This document shows positions 8,843 through 18,435 of a DNA stretch of 64,000 nucleotides, in pieces. Numbering within the stretch: position 1 is the stretch's first letter; every line of letters begins with the position of its first letter. Location of the stretch: positions 512,001-576,000 of the forward strand of contig CAVYIM010000003.1 of the NCBI GenBank assembly GCA_963768655.1. Direction: 5' to 3'. Origin of the DNA: an uncultured Chloroflexia bacterium (GTDB lineage Bacteria > Chloroflexota > Limnocylindria > Limnocylindrales > CSP1-4). The position numbers were made by a program, and so were the translations under genes. A model generated the notes under the pieces. The model did no database searches. It had not been told where the DNA came from and saw only the letters and a list, made by a program, of their open reading frames with translations.

Positions 8843-9941
8843 CATGCGTGGAACGCGAGAATTGAGCGTGGAAAGTCACGAGGAATTGAGGGCCCGCGGA
8901 AAGGCCTTTCGGCGCGAGCTGGCGGCCTGGCTCATGGCCGATCCGGAAGACAAACCGGACGGGCGGCCCGCCCTGTCGTCCATTCGTCTCACGCGCAGCT
9001 CCCTCTCCGGCGGCGAGGCGTGGGTCGGCAATGCAGCCGTCTCCCTCGATCCCAAGGTCCTGTCGGCACTCGCGTCGGATCGCGACTCGCCCTTCTACGA
9101 CTCGCTCTTCGGGACCGTCCTGCGCGCCTCCGAGCGGGCTATCGATCCGTCGCGCTGGTCCGAGCGAACGGAGCCTCTCATCGTTCGGTATGGACGGGTT
9201 CGGGTCGGGCTCTTCGATTGGACGACCGATCGCGACGCCTTCATCGAGGCGCTACTGGGTCGGCCGGTTCCGTCGACGCCGAGATACGAGCAGCGGGGAC
9301 CGATCCTGCCTGTGATGTCGAGGAGCGACTTCGACTCCGTCCGCGAGCTGCTCGGGGCACGGATGGAGGACAAGATCGCCCTTCTCCACGTAACCGGAGC
9401 CAGGATCGCAAACGGGCTCGACCCTCTCGTGAAGCTGGCAGCGGCCACCTCGTGTTGCGATCCGGTTCGAGCTGCCGTCGGGTATGCGCTGCTGCGCATC
9501 GACCCCCAGGGTTTCGCAGCATCACCATCGGGTCGGATGACGCTGCGGGCCATGGGGGCGGCACCGCGGGGGCGCACGCCTCGGCTAGACATGGAGCTTG
9601 CCGGCGTCTTCGACATCGACCTTGCCGGCTATCTCGGGCTGGTCTTCTGGAGCGGCGCGAAGCAGCTGCGCTCATACCGGGCCACCATGGCGGCGCATCT
9701 GCGGTATCTGTTCGACTACGAGGTCGCGCCACAATGCCGCTGGCCCGACGAGCGCACGCGGCGCGAGGCGCTGATGGTCTGGTTCATGGATCGGTTGGCC
9801 CGCTTGGCGGAGCCTGGTCAGCGCGTTACCAGATCGAAGATCGCCCGGGCCTTGCGCCGGGAGCACCCAGGCGACTACGAAGGCGAAAACGAGGCTGTGA
9901 CTGTCCGTAGGGTGTACCGAGTTTCGGCAAAGCTTACGTAA
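8843..9941 (+). CDS. Hypothetical protein, possible C-terminal HTH (divergent regulator?)
   Basis: Long ORF with protein-like composition. The C-terminal VTRSKIARALRR...VTVRRVYRVSAKL is HTH-like. Start uncertain (8837-8867). Confidence 0.6.
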
Positions 9942-10385
9942 GAGCGACCCAAGTCGAACAATTCAGGCGACCAGCAGACCATGGCTGGGAGGCGAGCTAC
10001 TTCGCGAAGACGCGTCCGCCCGGTCGCGGCCCGCCGAGGGCCGGCAGGAGGCAACCCGTGTGTCGTCCGCCAGATCGTCGCTTCCGACCGAATTCTAGGA
10101 GGCGCGCCGCACCAATTCGCAGCAACCGCCCGCAGGGGTGCGGGAACTAGCCACCCTGGGGGCGTGCATCTGAATCCCGGCGAGCCAGAACTGGGCGACG
10201 TGCCTCTTGTCGGTGACGACGACGTGGCCCTCGCCTGTAGAGACTTGCTGGTAGTCCACCTGAACGACCGCCTAGCAGAGGCCTGGCAGTCGACAACATC
10301 GGCGAGTCCGCGGAAGCCACGTTCCCCGTTCCTGCCAACAATCTGGCGTTCGTTTTGCACAACATGTTGGGAGGGAGTTGCGCTG

Positions 10386-10868
10386 GTGAACACAGACGCG
10401 TTCGACGACCGATATGAGGAGCTGCTCGCGGACTTGCGTCGCGTGTGCCGGGCGGTCGGTGCCGGGGACGAAGCGGAGGACGTGGCTCAGGAGACGCTCT
10501 GGTATGCCAGGGCCCGGCTAAGCGAGCTCCGTGATGACTCGAGACTGGTGCCTTGGCTAAGGAAGATCGCAGTGCGCCACGCCTGGCGGGCTCATGGGAG
10601 GCCCGTCGAAGACCTCCATAGCGTCCTCATCGCGGCACCGACGATCCCCGTCGAGCTTGCCATCGACGAGCGTCGCGCATTGGTTGCCCTCCCACGACGT
10701 GAGCGGGAGGTCGTGATGCTGGTGTACATCGCTGGCTTTCGAGAGGAAGAGGTGGCATCGATGCTCGGCGTGTCAAGAGGAACGGTGGCGAAGACTCTCT
10801 GGAGAGCCCGATGCAGCCTCTCTCGATCACTATCGGACTACTCAAGGAGCGGAATGCCATGTGGTTGA
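10386..10868 (+). CDS. ECF RNA polymerase sigma factor
   Basis: Region 2 (EAEDVAQET, WLRKIA) and region 4 (LPRREREVV...EEVASMLGVSRGTVAKTLWRAR); GGGAGGGAG RBS. Confidence 0.9.
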   Translation: MNTDAFDDRYEELLADLRRVCRAVGAGDEAEDVAQETLWYARARLSELRDDSRLVPWLRKIAVRHAWRAHGRPVEDLHSVLIAAPTIPVELAIDERRALVALPRREREVVMLVYIAGFREEEVASMLGVSRGTVAKTLWRARCSLSRSLSDYSRSGMPCG

Positions 10869-12262
10869 AAGCCCGCGGCCATCTCGATGACGAATGCATC
10901 TCCAGGTTTGTAGACCATGTGCGGGAGCTCAATTCACGCCAGCGTAGCCACCTCGACAAGTGCGACGCATGTCGCGCCAGGGTCGAAGGACACAGGCGGG
11001 CGCGCGACATGCTGCTCCGATTGAACGAAACAGTGCCTCTGCCGACATCCGGCCGCAGGAGTGGCCTTCGTGAGGCTGGAGCTCATCCGCTTCTGGTGGC
11101 CGGTGCCGCCGTGATCGTGATGGTCCTAGTCGTAAAGGTTGTCGTGGCTGGCCGTGGCGGCTACGTTAGCGCTGACTTGGGTGCGGCCACAGCCAAATCC
11201 ACCACGCCGTCGCCATCCTCGTCCGCCTCGCCATCCTCGTCCGCCTCGCCGTCCCCTTACTACAGCGGCGACTGGATTAGGCTTGGATCATCTGAGGTCA
11301 TGGGCGTGGTATGGTCGCCTGACGGTTCGCATCTGTTGGTCTGGTCCGAGCCCTATGCTGGGCAGACGCGCCACTTCCAGTTGCTCGATGCCAACGGTAG
11401 CGTGGTGAGGTCATTCGACGCGGAGGCTGCCGCTTGGATGGATTCGAGCACGTACGTCGTCCAAGAGTCAAGCACATCGCTCTTCGAAGGTCTCGGCAAC
11501 AACCAGGAGGCTAATGCGGGGGTATCGCTGGGCTCGGGATTGCTCAGCAACGGCCATGGAGCCGTCGCGTACATAGCGAACGATGGACAGGCGGTCTCGG
11601 ATCGACCCGGGCTTTCGGATCGGTTCGCCGTTCTCACCCGCAACGGCGCGACGCAGCCGATGCCAGGACGTCCAGCGGCGTGGTCGGAGGATGGCAGCGA
11701 GCTTGCTGTCTGGCACTACACCAGTGGATCTGGAGGAGTGGGAGGGCAGCCCTCAGGGTCGATGTCGGTGCTCGAATGGCCGGGATTGAGACAACTCGCA
11801 CAGTGGCCGGACATTGCCGTGGGCTCGACTCCCGTTCGCTTTGATCCAACCGGACGATACCTTGAGGTTGCCGGGTCGGCGTTTAGCATCCTGGACATCG
11901 CGACGGGTCGCGTTGTACGACCCAGTGGTGCTACTGGCCAGACGCCCGTCTGGGACGCCTCCTCTCACCTCATCGTCCCGAGACTCGATGGGACCGCGGC
12001 TACGTATGCCCTGGACGGCAGCCTCAAGGCGACGCAGGCGGCGGCAAATTCTGCAGCGGGCTCGGCGAACGGACAGACCGTGCTGTACTTCTGGTGGGAG
12101 TCACAGCGACCAATTCTCGTATCGATTGGCGCCTCTGTGCGAGATGTCGATGTGCCGGGAGTCCTCTGGACCTACCCGGAGGTGTCAGCCGACGGATCGA
12201 GGATCGCTATTCTGTGTCGTGTTTCGTCTGACTATGAAGCGTTTCTCCTCACGAGCCAGTAG
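10859..12262 (+). CDS. Zn-binding anti-sigma factor with TM helix and extracellular beta-propeller
   Basis: HLDKCDAC (HxxxCxxC), TM, SPSSSA linker, and WSPDG/WSEDG/FDPTG/VSADG propeller repeats. Overlaps the sigma gene. Confidence 0.85.
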   Translation: MWLKARGHLDDECISRFVDHVRELNSRQRSHLDKCDACRARVEGHRRARDMLLRLNETVPLPTSGRRSGLREAGAHPLLVAGAAVIVMVLVVKVVVAGRGGYVSADLGAATAKSTTPSPSSSASPSSSASPSPYYSGDWIRLGSSEVMGVVWSPDGSHLLVWSEPYAGQTRHFQLLDANGSVVRSFDAEAAAWMDSSTYVVQESSTSLFEGLGNNQEANAGVSLGSGLLSNGHGAVAYIANDGQAVSDRPGLSDRFAVLTRNGATQPMPGRPAAWSEDGSELAVWHYTSGSGGVGGQPSGSMSVLEWPGLRQLAQWPDIAVGSTPVRFDPTGRYLEVAGSAFSILDIATGRVVRPSGATGQTPVWDASSHLIVPRLDGTAATYALDGSLKATQAAANSAAGSANGQTVLYFWWESQRPILVSIGASVRDVDVPGVLWTYPEVSADGSRIAILCRVSSDYEAFLLTSQ

Positions 12263-12495
12263 ACGAGTGCAGGTTCCGCCGGTTCTGCCACCTGATTCCG
12301 TCGCGGACTGAGGTGGCCAATTCCGTGGAGTGCGCAGACGAGGGCGGTTGCGCGGCCGGGCTCGTGAATTCACGGCACAGAAATGTCAATCGAGTGGAGG
12401 TGCCACGCCTACTTCGGCAACTTCTGCATGACGGGCGCCGAGACACTGACCGACCCCGGCGCCCATCATACGATCATATGTGCCCCACACCAGTC

Positions 12496-13829
12496 TCAGT
12501 TGGCCTGGGCAGTGCTCACTTTGTATGCATGCCCACTGATGGGGTCAACATAAACGTCACCGCCACTGCCGTCCTGTCCATGCACGAACGGCGTAAAGGG
12601 CGAATTGCTGCCATCAATTGACGCCCAGACAAGGTGCCCGTCCCCATGCAGCCCGGCCGTCTGCATGATACTCCCCCGCTCAGTCGTCGAAGTCAGATCC
12701 CAGCCATCGGGAAGCGTGGAGGCTCCTGCATATGTGTAGCCGTTGGGGCCGTCGGCCACCATCGCGACTGCACGAACTTCCGCCCCCACCCGGACCTCAA
12801 CGAGCTCGTATGGCGCAACATCCGGCGAGAACGAGTCGACATGAGTAATGGCTCCGAGCGTGTAGCCTGTCAGGTCAATTCCGAGCCTGCCCTTGTCCAC
12901 TTCGTTCACGGCCAAGCCGTCGGCTACTGCGGCGGCTACTGTCGGTCGGGTTATGGCGGGCCCGAGCATCTTGCCGCTCATCGTGTCCTGAGTCACTGAC
13001 GTTGATCTGCTTGTCTGACCCGCCGTCGCTGCTGCTGCTGCCGCTCCGTTGTACTGGCTGGCCTGCCAATCGCCGTACGTCTCGCCCGGGCTGTCGCTGG
13101 GGACGGCATTCGCATACATCTGAAGAACGGTTACGTAGTAACTCGTCCAGAAGGGCCCCGCACCACCATAGCCACTCATGTTCGGACTCAGCCAGGAGCT
13201 CGTGTTCCAGGTCGAGATGGGAACGTTCGAATGCGCGTTCGTGTATGGATCGAACACGTAGAAACTGCTGATTGAGTCGGTGCCGTCAGAAAACGGGTCT
13301 CGAGTCGTGACGTAACCAGTGGTCAGGATCGCGTGACGTCCGGAATTGACGATAGCGCCATCAGGTCGCCCGGTTCCCCTAATGCCGTAGACCAGTTCCC
13401 AGTCTGCCGTGAAGGCACTGCTGTACCGGTAGTCGTTGAAGAACCAATTGCCAGGTGTATGCCAGTAAAGTGCCCAGCCTCGCCACGCGGATCGTGACCA
13501 TAGGTGCCGCTACCATCAGAGCACGGGCCGCTACTGTGCGCCTTCCAGTTGTACTTGTCCCCTTGGGAACTGTTGTCGACGGTGCTGGTTATCTGCGCGC
13601 TTAGCGACGATTGACTGGGATGAGTGGCACCGGGCACGTAATTCAGCCATGACAGGCTCGAAGCCACGACGCACCAACACGCCGTTTGCTGGTGGACGTC
13701 ATACCCGGACTGCCAGGAGTCTTGAGTGTACGCAGCAGCTCCCGCTGGCGAGAGGCCGGCCATCAAGAACGCCAGGGCGGTCGCGGCGAACGCGCGATTC
13801 CGCTGGCTCGGCCCTGCAAAGTGCACCAT
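12496..13829 (-). CDS. Secreted C39/papain-like cysteine peptidase, with a -1 frameshift near 13477
   Basis: Signal peptide and HQQTACWCVVAS (Gln/Cys). Adding one base continues the frame as WALYWH...GRHAILTTGY (His)...FYVFDP (Asp), joining ORFs 13323..14024 and 12496..13257. Confidence 0.75.
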
Positions 13830-14485
13830 AGGAAGTCCTCCCCGCACAGACACGCTCTGTCGACGGATGTCTGCGCCTACCTCTGGGCGATCATGTCCAC
13901 GCGCCCTCTGCACGTGGTGCTCGCCCAGAGGAAGCGTATCACCCGCTCTGTTCTCGGGGAAAGCTCCGGCGTGTGACGGGCAGGCCGTCGCTACGACAGC
14001 CGCTTTGTCGGCTGCAATATCCAAGGCTGGACAGCAAGGATGGGGACGGCGACCGCGGATCGGAGTGACGTTCGACCTCAGCGGTCAGCAACACCCAACA
14101 TGGCGAGGATCCAGAAAGAGCACCGACACGGCCAAGATCCAGACTCGGTGACCCAGTCTCTGGATCATGTCAGCGTTTTGCCGCCCCCATCGACGAGCAA
14201 GTGGAGTGTAACCCCCGGGTGCGCAGTCAGGCGCCCGTCGCGCCGACCACTACGGCTACGGTCGGGCGGTGCGCGTGGATCATCCGCCTCGCAGGGCGTC
14301 GATCATGGCAGCCGAGGATGTCGCATCTGGAACCACCCCGCGAAGATCGGCCGGCTAGCTTGTTATCTCGGCCTCAAGTCCAGTGGAGTCGACCAACTCT
14401 TCCGTCCCAAGCGTCCGGAGGCGCAGCTCGTCTGGCAGCTTCGTTGGCATCTTCGCCCGCGAACGGTAGCGGTCAGGAACCATCC

Positions 14486-14520
14486 AAATAGAACGCCGCC
14501 CACGCATAAATAGAACGCCG
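14486..14520. repeat. 13-bp direct repeat AAATAGAACGCCG x2 (period 22), candidate integrase arm sites
   Basis: Copies at 14486-14498 and 14508-14520, about 30 bp from the tRNA-Lys fragment. Confidence 0.55.
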
Positions 14521-14549
14521 ACGAACACCCGCGACCTCTCTGGTGCGCC

Positions 14550-14594
14550 CTTTTAATCGGCTGGTCGTGGGTCCGAATCCCACACGGCCCTCCA
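14550..14594 (+). other. 3' half of tRNA-Lys(UUU); att direct repeat at the island boundary
   Basis: CTTTTAA anticodon loop, T-arm GTGGG-TCCGAAT-CCCAC (T-loop variant), acceptor 3' strand and CCA. No 5' half is present. Confidence 0.8.
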
Positions 14595-14658
14595 ACATCG
14601 CGCCGTCGGCCGGCGCGATGGACTCAGTGGCGGTTCGCCGTCAGCGGGCGGCCGCGCC

Positions 14659-16101
14659 TCAGGCTACGGGCGTCGCGGAGTGGCCCGCCGGCTCGTAGCG
14701 GCGGAGAGGGTGAGTCGCACGCACGACCGACCGCAGAGCGGCGAGATCGCCGCTGATGAGACCGCGCGCCCGGGCCTGCACCAGGACGTTCCCGAGCGCC
14801 GTGGCCTCGACCGGGCCGGCGATGACGGGCAGGCCGCAGGCCTCCGCCGTGAGCCGGCACAGCAGCTCATTGCGGCTGCCGCCGCCGACGACGTGGACGA
14901 CGTCGATGTCCACCCCAGAAAGCCGGCGGGCGTCGGCGATCGCACGAGCGAACGCCGACGCCAGGCTGTCGAGGATGCAGCGCACGAACGCCGGCCGTGA
15001 GGATGGGACCGGTTGATCAGTTGTCCGGCAGTGGGCGGCGATCCGGGCCGGCATGTCGCCCGGCGGCAGCAAGTCCGCCTCGTCGGGGTCGATTAGGCTG
15101 CCGCCCGGAGGCAGATCGGCGGCCGCGGCGAGCAGTTCGGTGAGATCCATGCGCCCGCCTTCGCGTTCCCAGACACGCATCAATTCCTGGAGCAGCCAGA
15201 GCCCCATCACGTTGCGCAGGTACCGGGTCCGGCCGTCGACGCCCAGCTCGTTGGTGAAGTTCGCCTTCTGGCTTGCCACGCCCAGAACGGGTGCGCCGAG
15301 CTCGACGCCGACCAGCGCCCAGGTTCCGCACGAGATGTACGCGAACCGCTCGTCGGCCGCAGGCACGCCGACAACCGCGGAAGCGGTGTCGTGGGATCCG
15401 ACCGCGGCCAGGACCGCGTCGCGCGAAAGCCCGGTGTCGGCCATCACTTCCGGCCGAATGGGGCCGAGCGCGTCGCCGGCCTGGACGAGCTCCGGCAGGA
15501 TCGATGGGGGCAGGCCGAGCTCGCGGACCAGGTCCAGCGCCCAGGACCCGGCTACGGGATCGAACAGGCCCGTCGTCGACGCGTTGGTCGCCTCGACGTG
15601 GATGCCTCCGGCGAGCCAGTATCCGATGAGGTCCGGGATCATGAGCAGGACGCCGGCCGCTTCGAGCTCCGCGGTTCCGAGCGCCGCGGCGAGCTGGTAG
15701 ACGGTGTTGATCGGCAGGAACTGGGTGCCGGTCTTCGCGTAGAGGCGATCCTGAGGCACCGCGGCGTGGACCCGCTCCACTCCGAGGGCAGTCCGAGCGT
15801 CGCGGTAGTGGTGTGGATTGCCCAGGAGCCGTCCCGCAGGATCAAGCAACCCGTAGTCCACGCCCCAGCCGTCGACTCCGACACTCGCGATCGAGGGTGT
15901 CGCCCGGGCGGCGCGGCGCAGTCCTTCGATGATGTCGTGATACAGCCGCAACACGTCCCAGTGCAGGCCGTCGGGCAGCATGACGGGATCGTTGGCGAAC
16001 CGGTAGGTCTCCTCGAGCTCGAGGGTGTGCGGGCCGACGTGGCCGACCATCACGCGCCCGGACGAGGCGCCGAGATCGACGGCCGCGACGGTATCGGTCA
16101 C
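14659..16101 (-). CDS. rhaB: Rhamnulokinase
   Basis: AVDLGASSGRV, VGSHDTASAV, YISCGTW, GPVEATALGN; FGGY family, in a rhamnose cluster. Confidence 0.93.
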   Translation of the reverse strand: MTDTVAAVDLGASSGRVMVGHVGPHTLELEETYRFANDPVMLPDGLHWDVLRLYHDIIEGLRRAARATPSIASVGVDGWGVDYGLLDPAGRLLGNPHHYRDARTALGVERVHAAVPQDRLYAKTGTQFLPINTVYQLAAALGTAELEAAGVLLMIPDLIGYWLAGGIHVEATNASTTGLFDPVAGSWALDLVRELGLPPSILPELVQAGDALGPIRPEVMADTGLSRDAVLAAVGSHDTASAVVGVPAADERFAYISCGTWALVGVELGAPVLGVASQKANFTNELGVDGRTRYLRNVMGLWLLQELMRVWEREGGRMDLTELLAAAADLPPGGSLIDPDEADLLPPGDMPARIAAHCRTTDQPVPSSRPAFVRCILDSLASAFARAIADARRLSGVDIDVVHVVGGGSRNELLCRLTAEACGLPVIAGPVEATALGNVLVQARARGLISGDLAALRSVVRATHPLRRYEPAGHSATPVA

Positions 16102-16141
16102 TTCACGAGACCCGCCGCGACCAGGCGCGGCGTCTCGATTC

Positions 16142-17332
16142 TCACGCGCCCCACCCGGCCTGCTGGCCACCGACTCTCTCCGCCGCGACCTTCTCGGCGT
16201 AGCCGGAGCGGGCGAATGCTGCCATGGGGTCCGGGTCCAGGTTCATGTCCGCCCGGACGTCTCGGAGCAGCGGGCGAACGTCCGTGTCGTAGGCGTCCAT
16301 CAAGATGGCGTGCGCCCCGAGGACGTCACCGGCCTGCTGCGCCGCCTCGAGCGCTTTCTGATCGACCAGCAGCGCCTTGGCGGTCGCCTCCTGGACGTTC
16401 ATCACGCTGCGGATCTGACCCGGGATCTTCGCCTCGATGTTGTGGCACTGATCGAGCATGAAGGCGACGCCACTCTCCGGTCGCAGGGCGTCCGCCTTCA
16501 CGCACTCGTGCATGATCCGGAACAGCTGGAAGGGATCGGCTGCGCCGACCATCAGGTCGTCGTCCGCGTAGAAGCGCGAGTTGAAGTCGAAGCCGCCGAG
16601 CTTGTCCGCGCGGAGGAGCTGGGCGACGATGAACTCGATGTTCGTGCCCGGCGCGTGGTGGCCCGTGTCGACGACGACCTTTGCCTTGGGGCCGAGGGCC
16701 ACGCAGTGGGAGAACGACGTGCCCCAGTCCGGCACGTCGGTGTGGTAGAAGGCAGGCTCGAAGAGCTTGTACTCGAGGACCATGCGCTGGTTGGGGCCGA
16801 GCCGCTTGTAGACCTGCGCCAGCGACTCTGCCAGGCGGTCCTGGCGAGCCCGGATGTCGTCCTGGCCGGGGTAGTTGGTGCCGTCGGAGAACCACAGCTT
16901 GAGGTCGCGCGACCCCGTCTTGTCCATGATGTCGACGCACTCGAGGAGGTGGTCGACCGCCTTGCGCCGGACGCGTGCGTCGGGGTGGCAGACGCTGCCG
17001 AGCATGTAGTCGTCGTCCTGGAAGGTGTTCGAGTTGATGGTGCCGAGCGCGACGCCCTTCTCGGCGGCGTGCCGACCCAGGTCCGCATAGTCGTCGACCT
17101 TGTCCCAGGGGATGTGGAGCGCGACGGTCGGCGCGACGCCCGTGTACTTGTTGACCTGGGCCGCGTCGTCGACCTTCTCGTAGGGCGTCCGCGGGACGCC
17201 TTTCTGCGCGAAAACCTTGAACCGGGTGCCGGAGTTGCCGAAGGCCCATGAGGGGAGCTCGATCCGCTGGGTTCGAAGCGCAGCCCTTGCGGACCGACTG
17301 TCGGGAGCTGTCGAAGTCACGGTCGTCTCCAT
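16142..17332 (-). CDS. rhaI: L-rhamnose isomerase (RhaI type)
   Basis: IELPSWAFGNSGTRFKVF, ALHIPWD, EYKLFEP, DTGHHAPGTNIE, FMLDQCHNIE. Confidence 0.95.
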   Translation of the reverse strand: METTVTSTAPDSRSARAALRTQRIELPSWAFGNSGTRFKVFAQKGVPRTPYEKVDDAAQVNKYTGVAPTVALHIPWDKVDDYADLGRHAAEKGVALGTINSNTFQDDDYMLGSVCHPDARVRRKAVDHLLECVDIMDKTGSRDLKLWFSDGTNYPGQDDIRARQDRLAESLAQVYKRLGPNQRMVLEYKLFEPAFYHTDVPDWGTSFSHCVALGPKAKVVVDTGHHAPGTNIEFIVAQLLRADKLGGFDFNSRFYADDDLMVGAADPFQLFRIMHECVKADALRPESGVAFMLDQCHNIEAKIPGQIRSVMNVQEATAKALLVDQKALEAAQQAGDVLGAHAILMDAYDTDVRPLLRDVRADMNLDPDPMAAFARSGYAEKVAAERVGGQQAGWGA

Positions 17333-17469
17333 CCCTGTCCACCTGGCGGACGCGCTCAGGCGGACGCGCTCAAACGGTCACCGCGGCCTCGCGCGAAGGG
17401 TCCGCCGAAGGCCCGCGGCGACGGCAGCCACCAGCTTGCCACAGGTTCCGATTAGTTTCAATCTCCTCG

Positions 17470-17499
17470 TTGACAGTTCGATTGCTTCTCGTCTACTGT
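17470..17499 (+). promoter_or_regulatory. Sigma70-like promoter of the regulator/ABC operon
   Basis: TTGACA-18 bp-TACTGT, embedded in imperfect GTTTCAA/GTTCGAT repeats that may be DeoR operators. Confidence 0.55.
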
Positions 17500-17568
17500 T
17501 TCAACACCCGCTAGCATTCGAAAGTAATGATCCGCACGCGCGGCATCGCCGAAGGAGTTTCTGGCTGG

Positions 17569-18435
17569 ATGGAAACGGGCGATCACCGGGAAGTGTTCGC
17601 GCGTGAGCGCCAGCAGCACATCGCCCGAAGCGTCGAGGAGCAGGGCCGAGTGCGCGTCACTGACCTCGCCGAGAGATTCGCGGTTTCCGAAGTAACCATC
17701 CGGAAGGATCTCCGCGTGCTCGAGACTGAGGGGCGAGTAGTCCGCGCTCACGGCGGCGCGCTGGCGCCCAGCCGGAGCCAGCCGGAGCGCGCCTTCGAGA
17801 TCCGCGAACGCCTCCAGCGCGCGGAGAAGGACCGAATCGGGGCCGCGGCGGCAGCCCTGGTGATCGACGGCGAAAGCATCGCTCTGGATGCGAGCACGAC
17901 CGCCCTGGCCATGGCCCGCCACCTGCGTGCCCGCGGCCACTGGGTGCACCTGACCGTCATAACGAACGGGCTCCGCATCGCCTCGGAGCTCGCGGGCAGC
18001 CGCGGCATCACCGTGGCTCTGCCGGGCGGCTTCGTTCGCTGGGAGGCGCTGTCCGTTGTCGGCCCGCTCGGCGGAGGGCTGCTCGAGAAGGTGAATATCC
18101 AGAAGGCGTTCATGGGCGCCGCCGGTTTCACGCTCGATACGGGCCTGAGCGACGCGACCGACGAGGAGGCGCAGATGAAGCGCCTGATCGTCGCCTCGGC
18201 CAGCGAGGTCGTGGCGCTCGTCGACCACACGAAATGGGGGCGGGCTGCGTTCTCGACGTTCTGCCCCACCGACAGGCTGACTGCCGTCGTGACCGACGAA
18301 GACGCCCCGGACGGTATGACGACCGAGCTGCGCGGGCGTCGGGTCGCCGTTCACATTGCGGCGGCGCTGGAGAAGACACCCGCGCCGGGCATCCGACGGC
18401 CATCGGGCTCCACCCCGCTGGAGACGCCATCATGA
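17569..18435 (+). CDS. DeoR/GlpR-family transcriptional regulator
   Basis: ERQQHI...LAERFAVSEVTIRKDL..LE...RAHGGA, LDASTT, VDHTKW. Confidence 0.93.
   Translation: METGDHREVFARERQQHIARSVEEQGRVRVTDLAERFAVSEVTIRKDLRVLETEGRVVRAHGGALAPSRSQPERAFEIRERLQRAEKDRIGAAAAALVIDGESIALDASTTALAMARHLRARGHWVHLTVITNGLRIASELAGSRGITVALPGGFVRWEALSVVGPLGGGLLEKVNIQKAFMGAAGFTLDTGLSDATDEEAQMKRLIVASASEVVALVDHTKWGRAAFSTFCPTDRLTAVVTDEDAPDGMTTELRGRRVAVHIAAALEKTPAPGIRRPSGSTPLETPS

Larger units (their letters stand above)
1..14594. mobile_element. Right part of a composite genomic island, probably integrated at tRNA-Lys
   Basis: Contains pra/repSA, a serine recombinase, an HUH Rep, an MTase and decayed cargo. Ends at a 3'-half tRNA-Lys repeat (14550-14594), directly followed by the rhamnose cluster. 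The left boundary is outside the window. Confidence 0.75.

Noticed and set aside
5969-9941. Restriction-modification system or prophage
   Set aside because: No recognisable nuclease motif or virion genes; the MTase is coupled to the Rep gene.
14521-14594. Intact tRNA-Lys gene
   Set aside because: No 5' acceptor strand or D-arm, and the T-loop is mutated; treated as an att repeat.
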